A DNA stretch of 64,000 nucleotides from Thermoproteota archaeon (lineage in GTDB: Archaea > Korarchaeota > Korarchaeia > Korarchaeales > JAOZGB01): the NCBI GenBank assembly GCA_037917685.1, contig JAVCBU010000006.1, positions 160,001-224,000 on the forward strand, in the 5' to 3' direction. This document shows positions 9,680 to 19,206 of the stretch, piece after piece; positions within the stretch are counted from its first letter, which is position 1, and the number at the start of each line of letters is the position of its first letter. A program made the position numbers and the translations under genes. The notes under the pieces were generated by a model. The model ran no database searches, was not told the origin of the DNA, and saw only the letters and a program-made list of their open reading frames with translations.

Positions 9680-11062
9680 AAACTCCCTGATAAACCTCTC
9701 TTTATACTTCTTTGGTATGGTGCATCCAGCAGCAAGCCTGTGACCTCCGCCTTCCCCCTCTAAGCTAGCGGAGATTTCACTCATTACTTTTCCTATGTTT
9801 AATCCAGTATCTGCCTTAACTCTTCCAGAAACCTTCAGGAGGCTGTTATTTACTTTCGAAAACCCGATTGCAACGTTAACTTGTTCAAATTCCTTCAATC
9901 CTAGTAAAATAGAAGTGATCGTTCCTATCATAGTGTCTTGAATGATGTCTTCTCCGGATATGAATGCTACCCCATTACTTACAAGTACCCTTTCATTAAA
10001 GTTGAACAGTACGTTTTTAATCGCGCTAGAAATGCTTTGCCTATACTCCTGATATACCCTTAGAGCCTGTGCTAAGTACCAACCCCTATAACCCATACAT
10101 AGAGCAACACCGAAACCTCCATACCCCATTCTTCCGCAGGCATTGAGAATAGTGCTAAAATCCCGTAAATCCTTGATAGGTGATGAATCATCTTCAAAAT
10201 TCCAAAAGTATATCTCACCTATCAATTTCCTTGCAGCTCTAGCCTTACCTGATTCAGATGCGATTCTCTTCACCAATTCTGATACAAGAATTTTCTTTTT
10301 CCGCTCGTTAAGGTCTCGGAGAGTTATCCATGCACCCTGCTTCATAGGTTCAATGCCAATATTTGTCAAAAATTCAAAACAAGCTGACTGGTCTGAAGTA
10401 ATTCCGGGTATATATGGATCTACAGTTCTCTCCAAAGCGAAAAGTAGAGGGTATTTGGGCCCTCCAAAAAGGTTAACTTCATTAACAACTTTAATTAGCC
10501 CTGTATCCATGGCGTACTTAAGAAGCTCCCTATTAACCCCTTGAAACCCTTCTTCATGTTGCCTATCACCTATTGCGCCAGCTATAGCAACAGGGAGAAG
10601 ATGTTCATATCCTCCTATTCTTTTAGCTATTAGATACGCTAATCCTGATGCACTTATCTCTCTGCTTCCATCAATGCCGTGGAAGTAGGGATTAAGAATA
10701 AATAGGTGTCTAGGCTCATACTCCAATATAGGCTGATGGTGGTCAATTACGTAGACTTCAACGCCCTCCTTAGCTACTCTATCAAGGTATTCGATGTGCG
10801 AAGTTCCAAAATCTGTAAGTAATATAGAATCGTATCCTTTAGAAACCACAGCCCTAACATCCCTTCTTAGCATTTGCTTATAGAAGGTTAAGTGGAATGG
10901 AATATGTAAATCTGATAAGACGGCAGAAATAATTCCCGTAGAGGTAATGCCGTCAGCATCTATATGTGAAGCTACTAATAAATTTCTGTCTTTTGAGAAA
11001 CCTTCTAAAGCATTCGCTATAAAGTTAGCCTGATCTTCGAATCTCTTATATATTTCACCCAA
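9659..11062 (-). CDS. RecJ/Cdc45-like DHH phosphoesterase
   Basis: HIDADG, DHH, GGGH; follows uS15. Confidence 0.9.
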   Translation of the reverse strand: MGEIYKRFEDQANFIANALEGFSKDRNLLVASHIDADGITSTGIISAVLSDLHIPFHLTFYKQMLRRDVRAVVSKGYDSILLTDFGTSHIEYLDRVAKEGVEVYVIDHHQPILEYEPRHLFILNPYFHGIDGSREISASGLAYLIAKRIGGYEHLLPVAIAGAIGDRQHEEGFQGVNRELLKYAMDTGLIKVVNEVNLFGGPKYPLLFALERTVDPYIPGITSDQSACFEFLTNIGIEPMKQGAWITLRDLNERKKKILVSELVKRIASESGKARAARKLIGEIYFWNFEDDSSPIKDLRDFSTILNACGRMGYGGFGVALCMGYRGWYLAQALRVYQEYRQSISSAIKNVLFNFNERVLVSNGVAFISGEDIIQDTMIGTITSILLGLKEFEQVNVAIGFSKVNNSLLKVSGRVKADTGLNIGKVMSEISASLEGEGGGHRLAAGCTIPKKYKERFIREFSARLSL

Positions 11063-11067
11063 ACGTT

Positions 11068-11502
11068 CTACCCTAAGTCAAGTTTCCAAGTCTGAGGTAG
11101 CCTTCCTATTCTTTTGTAATATTTTTCTAAGCGATGTATTTTGGATAGTGTAAGCAAGAAGCCCCTCTTACTATGGAAATCCTTCCTGTGTGTTTCTAAA
11201 TGTCTTTTAATGATTTTTGCCTTCTTTATTAAATTTTTGAGGTCTTCTGGGATGTCCATTGGGACTCCCGCGTCTTCTAATATCTTGTTGATCTTCTTTC
11301 CTGTAACAAGCTTTACTAATGGAATACCATAAGTGTCTCTCAGTATAACTCCTATCTTACTTGGGGGAACCCCCTTCCTAGCAAGATTTACAACTAATTC
11401 CTCAACCTCTTTTGGGCTCATTTTAACCCAGCTAGGCTTTACTGGGTGGGGTGGTCTATTTGAGTGTGATTTACCCTTCTTTCTGCTGTGCATCCTAGCC
11501 AG
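11068..11502 (-). CDS. rps15: Ribosomal protein uS15 (probable CTG start at 11502)
   Basis: (M)ARMHSRKKGKS, PSKIGVILRD, PEDL. Confidence 0.95.
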   Translation of the reverse strand: MARMHSRKKGKSHSNRPPHPVKPSWVKMSPKEVEELVVNLARKGVPPSKIGVILRDTYGIPLVKLVTGKKINKILEDAGVPMDIPEDLKNLIKKAKIIKRHLETHRKDFHSKRGFLLTLSKIHRLEKYYKRIGRLPQTWKLDLG

Positions 11503-11508
11503 CCTTTA

Positions 11509-12069
11509 TCACCTTCCTATGATATACTCGGCTAAGTCTTTAAAGCTTTTGTAACGATGGGATAATGTATTCTTAAGCCTTCCTAAAGAGGCATATGTAT
11601 GGCTAGGTTGATCCCTTGGCGAAAAGATAGGGTCAAATCCCCAACCCTTACCCATAGGGCTTCTTGTGATATATCCCTCTGTCTCTCCCTTGAATAGTTT
11701 TACCTCACCATCGGCTATTAGAGCCGCTACAGACTTGAATACAGCGTATCTATCCTCTATACGTTCCATCAAACGTAAGACCCCCCTTATACCTATCGTT
11801 TTGTATACAAATGCTGAATATACGCCCGGAAAACCATCTAACGCTCTGATAAACAGTCCAGCATCTTCAGCAACCAATGGTCTTAACTTATACCTTTCAG
11901 ATAGCCATTTTGCAGCATAATTCATTACTTCCTCAATACTATCCGCTTGAATCTCTGGGTAGCCTTCTGGAACATGTTTTACTCTAAGGTTATACTTCGA
12001 CATTATTTCTCTTACTTCCATAAATTTGTGTATATTACTTGTAACAAAATATAAGCTATCAATCTCCAT
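11509..12069 (-). CDS. rdgB: Non-canonical purine NTP pyrophosphatase (Ham1)
   Basis: TSNxHK, EDAGL, GFPGVYS, FDPIF, SHR. Confidence 0.93.
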   Translation of the reverse strand: MEIDSLYFVTSNIHKFMEVREIMSKYNLRVKHVPEGYPEIQADSIEEVMNYAAKWLSERYKLRPLVAEDAGLFIRALDGFPGVYSAFVYKTIGIRGVLRLMERIEDRYAVFKSVAALIADGEVKLFKGETEGYITRSPMGKGWGFDPIFSPRDQPSHTYASLGRLKNTLSHRYKSFKDLAEYIIGR

Positions 12070-12718
12070 AGTGCCTCCTCCTGTGTTCGATCTCAGCAAG
12101 TTTTAATTTTACCAGTTTGAATAACCTCCCTACTTGATTAGAATATCCTTTCAAAAACAGATTAAATAGTTCTAATCCTCTTAATCCTATGCTTGCCCGT
12201 AGGGAACATCTTAGGACAAATAGGTCCGTAGCGAAGTCCTCTGGATCATACGTGAACTCGCTCAGGCCAAAATCTACGAAGTATGGTTTACCATTGGAGA
12301 TTATGATATTGTGCACAGTCAAGTCTCCGTGGGTAATACCAGCCGTGTGTAGTCTTCCAATATATCCGCCTATATCCTCCAAGATCGAGGTAGACCCGCC
12401 ATTCATTAAATATGTGTGAAGTTTAGTTCCATGAATAAATTCCATAGTGATTTGGAAATCATAGACGTCTAAAATAAAAGGAACATGTAGGCCTGCTTTT
12501 CTAGCCTCAATCATCGCTTTACATTCTCTTTTAATCCGTTTACGCCTTAATGAAGCATCTAAATCTGGATTCCTGTATCCTTTGGGAATCCTATATTTTA
12601 CTACCACTCTTAGCCCCCATAAGCTACCGATATATACTATGGCCTCTGCCCCCCGGAATATCTCACGCTCTACCTTAGCTAGGAGTATCATATCTAATCT
12701 ATCTAGTTCCTCTACCAT
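12059..12718 (-). CDS. bud32: KEOPS kinase Bud32
   Basis: GAEA, KxYR, HGDLT, DFGL. Confidence 0.93.
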   Translation of the reverse strand: MVEELDRLDMILLAKVEREIFRGAEAIVYIGSLWGLRVVVKYRIPKGYRNPDLDASLRRKRIKRECKAMIEARKAGLHVPFILDVYDFQITMEFIHGTKLHTYLMNGGSTSILEDIGGYIGRLHTAGITHGDLTVHNIIISNGKPYFVDFGLSEFTYDPEDFATDLFVLRCSLRASIGLRGLELFNLFLKGYSNQVGRLFKLVKLKLAEIEHRRRHYGD

Positions 12719-13433
12719 CCTGCTTCTCCTCTTAACGGAACAAAGGAGACGTATCCATAATTCTCTACGCGGATCTTTCCCTCCTCATTAATAAGCCTGA
12801 CAAGTCTCTGAGGATATAAGAAACCTGGTGGTCCTACCGGAGAGAGGAGAATCCCACTATCCTTTAAAAATTCGCATAACCACATAGGAATCCTAGGAGA
12901 GGAGGCTGTAACAATAATTCGATCAGCCTTTATCCTCAGAGGAAAAACCTTACTAGCATCTCCACACACAACGGTTACCCTATCCAAATAACCAGCCTTT
13001 CTTAGATTCTCATACGCTCTAAAGGCAAGAAAAGGTATAATTTCGAAAGTATAGACGTGTCCCCAGTCTCTTGGAGAGATATCTGATGGCGCTACGGCTT
13101 CAGCAATGGTAGCAGCATGATATCCGCTCCCTGTTCCAACTTCAAATACCATCATTCCAGGCTCTAAATCCAACAGTTCATTCATTATAAATACCATGTG
13201 TCGCCCAGCCACTGAGGTCAGCGGCTGTGTGGCGCGCTAATAGTCTGTCCCCTGCCTATAGGTAAGGGAATATCCGTGTAAGCATCACCAACAAGCTTGC
13301 TCGGAACAAAAATATGTCTTGGAACCGTCTCACATACCTTGGCCAGCCTTTTCGATTTAATTATCCCGCTTCTTATAAGTTTTTTACAGAGTTCTCTTCT
13401 TCTACGAAGATTCTCATCTTCCAATTGTGTCAC
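12712..13433 (-). CDS. pcm: Protein-L-isoaspartate O-methyltransferase, two exons (13433-13229, 13199-12712), 230 aa after splicing
   Basis: VPRHIF, AYTD, GQTISAPH|MV, EVGTGSGYHAA, FVPL; the two ORF-track halves join in frame when a 29-nt BHB intron is removed. Confidence 0.9.
13200..13228 (-). other. 29-nt BHB-type intron inside the pcm coding sequence
   Basis: Helix CGCC/GGCG, ACA bulges at both junctions, inner hairpin CAGCCGCTG/CAGTGGCTG; contains the in-frame TGA. Confidence 0.85.
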
Positions 13434-13492
13434 CTTATTACTAGGGTTAGGGGAAACTTATTTAACCATCCTTATACTATTCACTAAAGTAG

Positions 13493-13579
13493 GGGCCCGT
13501 AGCTTAGTATGGTAGAGCACCGGGCTCTTAAAAGTCCGGAGATACCCGGGGGTCGTGGGTTCGAATCCCACCGGGCCCG
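13493..13579 (+). tRNA. tRNA-Lys(CTT) with 13-nt intron at 37/38 (13531-13543)
   Basis: Cloverleaf; BHB helix CTCT/GGAG. Confidence 0.93.
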
Positions 13580-13600
13580 TTTAATAAATAGGGACCGATT

Positions 13601-14548
13601 ATGAGTAAACTGACGCTCATACTTATCCTCTTACTAATTCAAACTCAAAATAGATTTGACCTTATAATCGTTAGGGGAGACATCTTTGCAGATTGGGTTG
13701 TAGCCCAAGCATACGGTTGGAAAATAGGAGCGCCAGTGCTTAGTATAAGCAAACTAGACTCTGAAACGGAACAGTTGTTGCTAACGTATATCAGTATGGG
13801 CGCTAAGAAAGTGTTAATTATAGGAGACCCAAGTGTGCTTCCTCTCGAAGTAGACTCGTTCCTTTCCTCACACGGCTTAACTGTTAGGCGGGTTATGGGG
13901 GTCACTAGGATTGAAACTTCGATAGAGTTAGCAGTCTACTTCTGGGATGATGCTGAAAGAATAGTCTTAGTGAACGGTTGGAATGAAACAAATTATCTTG
14001 AAGCTGTTAAAATCTCTCGAGAGGTTGGTGGACCTGTCATATTTACTAGAGTAGATGAAATATCTCTTTCACTTCGCGAAGCACTCTCAGCAAGGCTGCC
14101 TATGGTTAAAGAAGTATACGTGGTTGGCTCCGATATAGAGCCATCGGTCATAGAAGACATAGAAGCGATGGGATTTAAGGTTATCGTTACCCAGGTGGGT
14201 AGCTTTAAGAATGCCAAAACAAGGAGTTTTATCTCCCCGAACTATCTACTTATGTTAGGTTGTACACTCATTGGGATAGCCATAGGTATAGTCATTTCAC
14301 GTCGAATGAGAAAACTCGGTGTTACCAGTCTTCATTTCTTACTCTCTGACGAAAGACTGATAATTAAAAGTATAATAGATGCAGGGGGGAAAATAGAACA
14401 GGAAAAGCTTGTAGATATCACCGGGTTTTCAAGAGCTAAGATTTCCAGGTTAGTTGCGGACATGGTAGAAAGGAAGCTAGTTGAGAGAGAAAGAAAAGGG
14501 AAAACATATGTGCTGAGGCTTTCAAAGGAGCTTAAGAGATTTAGCTAG
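13601..14548 (+). CDS. Cell-wall-binding repeat 2-like extracellular domain + TM + C-terminal winged HTH
   Basis: Signal peptide, RRVMGVTRIETS, TM helix, GFSRAKISRLV...RKGKTY. Confidence 0.75.
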   Translation: MSKLTLILILLLIQTQNRFDLIIVRGDIFADWVVAQAYGWKIGAPVLSISKLDSETEQLLLTYISMGAKKVLIIGDPSVLPLEVDSFLSSHGLTVRRVMGVTRIETSIELAVYFWDDAERIVLVNGWNETNYLEAVKISREVGGPVIFTRVDEISLSLREALSARLPMVKEVYVVGSDIEPSVIEDIEAMGFKVIVTQVGSFKNAKTRSFISPNYLLMLGCTLIGIAIGIVISRRMRKLGVTSLHFLLSDERLIIKSIIDAGGKIEQEKLVDITGFSRAKISRLVADMVERKLVERERKGKTYVLRLSKELKRFS

Positions 14549-15709
14549 TCATAAACCTGCTAGTACAGGGTTCTTAGGCTTCATGATCTCCCTTAGAAAG
14601 ACACTGGCGTATTCTCCTCTTTCTAAACAAAATTCTATACTTAAGTTGTTTCCATGCGTCTTTACCCCGATAATTCTGGGTACAGCTACGATTTTCCTAA
14701 TACCCCCATATACACTTATCTCCGGAATGCTCTTTATTAGAAAGTCTGAATACCTGATCCCTTGACTGTTCATGACTTCCCCCATTATCCTGTCAGCTAA
14801 TGTCCCGCGTTCTTTAAAGCCATAGCCTGGGAGGCGAACTGCAGGGACCTTCGATGTAAAGGATTTTTCTTTAAATCCTAGATTTTTAATTTTAACTTCC
14901 AATTCGCCTTCTACTGGAGTTAAAAGATCTTTGGAGAACTCCAGTCTTCTGCTTAGGTACAAGTTGAACAAGTAACTTTGGAATGATTGAACGTAAAGTC
15001 GTAAGACCTTTTTAGGTATCCTTCTGAGAGCTCCTATGTAGTCCCTTGACTTGTTTGAAATGTATTCTTTAACCTTTTCCTCGTATCCCCGCCCCCTACC
15101 TCCAACTATAGCTTCAATGGCTGCTTTAAAATTCTTCATGATCAAAAATCTTCCAATCTCATGGTTGTAGGGTTTACTATATCCAAATCTTTGATATCCA
15201 TAATAATTTGGGAATACCCGAATCTTTTCGGCTTCTATATTTGGAGCATTCACATTTCTAACTGTTATCTTAAAATAATTCCCAGGATTCGATCCAACTA
15301 CAACTCTCCTTCCCTCTCCGATGTAATGTATCCTAACACGCTTTAACCCTAAGGTGGCTTTTGTGGCATTTATGGGGGTGATTCTCTCAATAGATATACG
15401 TTGAAACGAATAACTCCTTTTATCCTTTAAACCTGCATAACCGATATTTCTTGGTTTTAGACGTAATTTTTTGGACAGGAGCTCAATAGCTGTGATAGTG
15501 TCTATGTTGCTTTTTTCTAAAATGAATATTCCGGTCTTAACTGTCCGAAAGGGGATATACAGTGATAATGTAGATAGAACTGATGCTGTGATGCCGGGTT
15601 CGACGATCTCATCAACAATGAAGTCTGTGCTCCTAACTCGAGTCATTCCGCCTACGCCTTCTATGTTAGTCCCATAATGCTTCATACCGATGTCTATGTC
15701 GATCTGCAT
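14549..15709 (-). CDS. truD: tRNA pseudouridine(13) synthase
   Basis: DFIVDE, YAGLKDK, NYYGYQRFG, QSYLFN, GEYA. Confidence 0.93.
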   Translation of the reverse strand: MQIDIDIGMKHYGTNIEGVGGMTRVRSTDFIVDEIVEPGITASVLSTLSLYIPFRTVKTGIFILEKSNIDTITAIELLSKKLRLKPRNIGYAGLKDKRSYSFQRISIERITPINATKATLGLKRVRIHYIGEGRRVVVGSNPGNYFKITVRNVNAPNIEAEKIRVFPNYYGYQRFGYSKPYNHEIGRFLIMKNFKAAIEAIVGGRGRGYEEKVKEYISNKSRDYIGALRRIPKKVLRLYVQSFQSYLFNLYLSRRLEFSKDLLTPVEGELEVKIKNLGFKEKSFTSKVPAVRLPGYGFKERGTLADRIMGEVMNSQGIRYSDFLIKSIPEISVYGGIRKIVAVPRIIGVKTHGNNLSIEFCLERGEYASVFLREIMKPKNPVLAGL

Positions 15710-15718
15710 GTTAAAACC

Positions 15719-16072
15719 TCAAAGTAAAGGCAAGCTTCCGGTAACCTTATCTATTATATTTGTATAGTATGGTCCAATGCCAACTGCTGTAACTGTTCCT
15801 GGTGGGATCTCGGTGAGACCTGCATCTTGTATGCGTGTAACGGGTAGTGAAAGCTGTAGAGCCTTATCATAAATGGTATTTAACTCGCTCAAATTCTTAC
15901 ACTTAACGACTACTTTCTTGCTTCCTTTTATCCTCCATAAATACCATATACCGGGATTTTTTCTCTTCGCTATTTCTGAAGCTTCTAGAGATGCATGAGC
16001 TACCTGGACAGCCAGCTTACCAATGCTAAGCTTTAAGTCTTCTCTTATAACTATCACTTGTTTAACTTCCAT
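15719..16072 (-). CDS. pth2: Peptidyl-tRNA hydrolase Pth2
   Basis: GKLAVQVAHA, DAGLTEIPPGT. Confidence 0.95.
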   Translation of the reverse strand: MEVKQVIVIREDLKLSIGKLAVQVAHASLEASEIAKRKNPGIWYLWRIKGSKKVVVKCKNLSELNTIYDKALQLSLPVTRIQDAGLTEIPPGTVTAVGIGPYYTNIIDKVTGSLPLL

Positions 16073-16087
16073 TTAGGCCTCGCCTTC

Positions 16088-17209
16088 CTATCTAGCTAAC
16101 TCATAGAAGAGTTTTATGTATTTTTCAATACAATTTCTCCACGAATACTGCTTAGCTGTCTCGTAACCTTGGCTAACTATTTTTGATCTTAGCTCGCTAC
16201 TCTCTATTAAAAGGGTGATTTTCTCAGCCATCCCCCTTATTGAGTTAACCTCTACCAGAACACCATTATTCATGTCTCTGATTATCTCCGGAATCCCACC
16301 AGTTTTAAACGCTACTACAGGTACACCGGCAGCCAGCCCTTCAAGGCACGAGAGCCCTAAACCCTCCTCTATAGATGGTACAATTAAAATATCAGAGGCT
16401 TGCAGGTACATTCTTACCTTTTCATGCATTACATACCCTGTTATTATAACCTTCTGACCTGCTTTCTCAGCTCTTTTCTGTATCCAACTCCTCAGAGGCC
16501 CATCTCCAATTATCAAGAGACACACGTCTTTCTTTAACATTTTTTGAGCCATTTGTGCAATATCAACTGTCAGATGAGCTCCTTTATGAATGTATAAGCC
16601 TCCTAGGAAGGATACAACATGATAGTCTTTATTTAGGTTTAGTAAAAGCTTTTTAAGCTCCGCTTTTCCACGTACGGAGGGGGTTGGCTCGTTAACGCCG
16701 CCAGGGATTACTGAAGAATATCTCACTTTAATTCCAAGTTCTCTTACCTTCTCTCTTAGGTAATTGCTCACAAAAACTACGTGATTAGAATTTTCAATAA
16801 CATATTTAAGAACCCCTCTGTAAAGCAAATTTCTAAAACCATTGAATACGTCAGTTCCATGACAAGTTATAACCCTCGGCCTTAAGTTTGAAACTGTTGC
16901 AGCTAAACCGGAAGTCAATGCATAATGTGCATTATAAACGTCAAATTCTCCATCCTTTAACTTAGTATATAACGAAGACAATATAACATAGGATAAACCT
17001 CTGAGATATTTCATGTTAACCGTAGGTAGTGCTTTAACTAATTCGTTGTCAACAGGTCGGCCATAACTGTAGGTAACTATTTGGACATGAATCCCTCTTT
17101 CTGTCATCCCCTGTGCTATTTTAGAGAGGTATATCTCTGTGCCTGCTGTCTTAGGTAGATACGAGCCTAAAAAGGCTACCTTCAACTCCACCATCTTGTT
17201 ACTCTTCAT
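16088..17209 (-). CDS. Glycosyltransferase family 4
   Basis: HKG, EGLGLSCLE, GVPVVA. Confidence 0.9.
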   Translation of the reverse strand: MKSNKMVELKVAFLGSYLPKTAGTEIYLSKIAQGMTERGIHVQIVTYSYGRPVDNELVKALPTVNMKYLRGLSYVILSSLYTKLKDGEFDVYNAHYALTSGLAATVSNLRPRVITCHGTDVFNGFRNLLYRGVLKYVIENSNHVVFVSNYLREKVRELGIKVRYSSVIPGGVNEPTPSVRGKAELKKLLLNLNKDYHVVSFLGGLYIHKGAHLTVDIAQMAQKMLKKDVCLLIIGDGPLRSWIQKRAEKAGQKVIITGYVMHEKVRMYLQASDILIVPSIEEGLGLSCLEGLAAGVPVVAFKTGGIPEIIRDMNNGVLVEVNSIRGMAEKITLLIESSELRSKIVSQGYETAKQYSWRNCIEKYIKLFYELAR

Positions 17210-17450
17210 CGAATGCGGGAAGGCTAGGAGTACCTTTTGACAGGATTATTTTATATACACGCCTCTTCAACTCTCTTACTATTACTAAGCCCATAACCTC
17301 CAATTTCAAGAGGTATTTTAGGATCTCTCTACTTTCAAGTTCCTCCCCCAAGTTCTTAAGCTGTTCTTTGAGCTCATCCAACATCATACTCCTATTTTCA
17401 GACCTTTGGAGCACTCCGATTATTTTCTCGAATATTTTAGTATTTGTCAA
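17199..17450 (-). CDS. Small winged-helix protein
   Basis: LLKLEVMGLVIV wHTH pattern. Confidence 0.65.
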   Translation of the reverse strand: MTNTKIFEKIIGVLQRSENRSMMLDELKEQLKNLGEELESREILKYLLKLEVMGLVIVRELKRRVYKIILSKGTPSLPAFDEE

Positions 17451-17506
17451 CCCTGTTCACCGCAACCATAGCAACTTATATAATTCACTTTCAAGATTTA
17501 AACAGG

Positions 17507-17671
17507 ATGAATCGTTGCTCAAGATGTGGTAGAATAGTTCATCATACAAGGAAGTGTATTCTATGTGGTAAGGAATATTGTTTGTCATGCTTCATCCCTC
17601 AAATGGGGATTTGTAAGAGTTGTGGGTCTAATTGGAGTCGATTGCAAAGCAGAAAATTCAAATTAAGGTGA
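17507..17671 (+). CDS. Small Cys-rich zinc-binding protein
   Basis: Four CxxC pairs. Confidence 0.7.
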   Translation: MNRCSRCGRIVHHTRKCILCGKEYCLSCFIPQMGICKSCGSNWSRLQSRKFKLR

Positions 17672-17924
17672 CCTGTTCAACGTTAACGGACCCAACGCCC
17701 TTAATTCTACTGAGCTCCTCCTCTACGAGGCTACTTCCGATACTTGGATCTTCAATAACAATAGCAACCCTTACAGCTGAGATTCCGAATGCTATAGGCT
17801 CTATGCTTGTTTTCATTATCTTAAACCTTTCATCTCTTAGGTTGTTCAGCTCTCCAAGTATGTCTTCGGCTTTAAAATTTTCATCAGGCATCAGTTTCAC
17901 ATTCATCAACACTTTTCCACACAA
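17658..17924 (-). CDS. ef1b: Translation elongation factor 1-beta
   Basis: EPIAFGI motif, size and context. Confidence 0.9.
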   Translation of the reverse strand: MCGKVLMNVKLMPDENFKAEDILGELNNLRDERFKIMKTSIEPIAFGISAVRVAIVIEDPSIGSSLVEEELSRIKGVGSVNVEQVTLI

Positions 17925-17934
17925 ACCACATCAC

Positions 17935-18105
17935 CTAAGGACCCTCAAATCCACAGTTCGGGCAGACATAGTCCCTGCCGAACATCCTACATAGTCTACA
18001 TCTATGGATCCTTGCTTTACCACAGTTAAAACAATAAAAGCTTGTTTTCTCTCGTTCATAAGTTATGTCTCTCCCACACGAGCTGCACGTTATCTTTTCG
18101 ACCAA
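17935..18105 (-). CDS. Zinc-finger protein, DUF1610/HVO_2753 family (not in ORF track)
   Basis: TTG start; CSSCG...CFNCG...RCRLCR...YVCPNCGFEGP; canonical position upstream of EF-1beta. Confidence 0.88.
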   Translation of the reverse strand: MVEKITCSSCGRDITYEREKTSFYCFNCGKARIHRCRLCRMFGRDYVCPNCGFEGP

Positions 18106-18159
18106 TTTGATCCTACCTTTTTATTGGTGTCTAATCTGTTTTCTTAAAAATTTGAACTT

Positions 18160-18666
18160 TCATATCTGGCTTACATATATATAGTATCCGGTTAACCGGC
18201 TAGCAAGTTCAGTCATATCTTCAATTTTCCGTCTCCATCGTCTGTAATCTTTACTGGCGATAGTGACTCTAAGAGCTTTCATATCGCCTGGAAGGTGAAC
18301 ATGTCCTACCGCTAAAACCCTTACAGGTTTATAAAGTTCTCTCACCAACTGTTCAGGATCGTCTGATCCTATTACTATCTGAACTCTACTTCTAAGCATC
18401 TTTGAGAGCAAATTTCTCATTCTTTCGGTTTGTTCCATGTTTAGACTGCCTCTAATAAGCACTACAATCCTTTTTTCTATGTTAATCGACTTTACATACT
18501 CAACATCCCTATCAATGCTTTGTACAAGTTTACTATCAAGTAAAATTTTCAGAACTTTAATATCAAGCGGGCTTACCAAGCCCTCAGCGATTGTCGATTC
18601 ACATTTCTGGCAGTATGTCCCTGTTTTAAGACATATCTTACAAAGCGGGATTTTCAAAATTATCAC
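18160..18666 (-). CDS. NusA-like KH protein with N-terminal Zn finger
   Basis: KIPLCKICLKTGTYCQKC, HLPGD. Confidence 0.75.
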   Translation of the reverse strand: MIILKIPLCKICLKTGTYCQKCESTIAEGLVSPLDIKVLKILLDSKLVQSIDRDVEYVKSINIEKRIVVLIRGSLNMEQTERMRNLLSKMLRSRVQIVIGSDDPEQLVRELYKPVRVLAVGHVHLPGDMKALRVTIASKDYRRWRRKIEDMTELASRLTGYYIYVSQI

Positions 18667-18720
18667 TCTCCTTTGTTTGCCCCGTAAGGTAGAAATTCTG
18701 ATTTTAAGGTAAACTAGTAT

Positions 18721-18978
18721 CTATTCTGCTTCAATAAAATCTTTCCCTGCACTAGTTATCTTATAATATATGTAACCTCCATGTTTAAAACCCTCTATGA
18801 ACCCTTTCTCTTCAAGCGACTTTAAGATCGGTAATACTTCATTAAAAGTTAGGCCCATCTCTATAATAATCCTCCTAAGATGTACAGTCCCCCTCTTTTT
18901 TATGAATTCAAGTATTCTGGCAACCTTTTCGTTTTGAGTCTCGGCAGGGGCATCCATTGTCCTCACTATTCTCATCAC
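18721..18978 (-). CDS. Winged-helix DNA-binding protein
   Basis: LKSLEEKGFIE...YYKITSAG. Confidence 0.75.
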   Translation of the reverse strand: MMRIVRTMDAPAETQNEKVARILEFIKKRGTVHLRRIIIEMGLTFNEVLPILKSLEEKGFIEGFKHGGYIYYKITSAGKDFIEAE

Positions 18979-19038
18979 CCTAAAGAAAATAAACTTTTAT
19001 AGCATGTGCGGATTATCATATCATCCGAAGGGATTAAG

Positions 19039-19203
19039 ATGCCTATCACAGATCCGTTGAAAAAGAGGATAGCATGGGAAGCCTTGTTGAACTACAAAAT
19101 CTGTAGAAAGTGCGGGTCAAAAAACCCGATAAATGCCGTTAGATGTCGTAGGTGCAAGAGTAAAAACCTTAGGAAGAAACATACAAAACTTGCTAGGAGG
19201 TAG
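19039..19203 (+). CDS. rpl40e: Ribosomal protein eL40
   Basis: KICRKCGSKNP...CRRCKSKNLR. Confidence 0.95.
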   Translation: MPITDPLKKRIAWEALLNYKICRKCGSKNPINAVRCRRCKSKNLRKKHTKLARR

Positions 19204-19206
19204 GGT

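Noticed and set aside
12712-13433. pcm as a frameshifted pseudogene or two separate genes
   Set aside because: Both halves keep all motifs, and the insert is a precise BHB whose removal restores the frame
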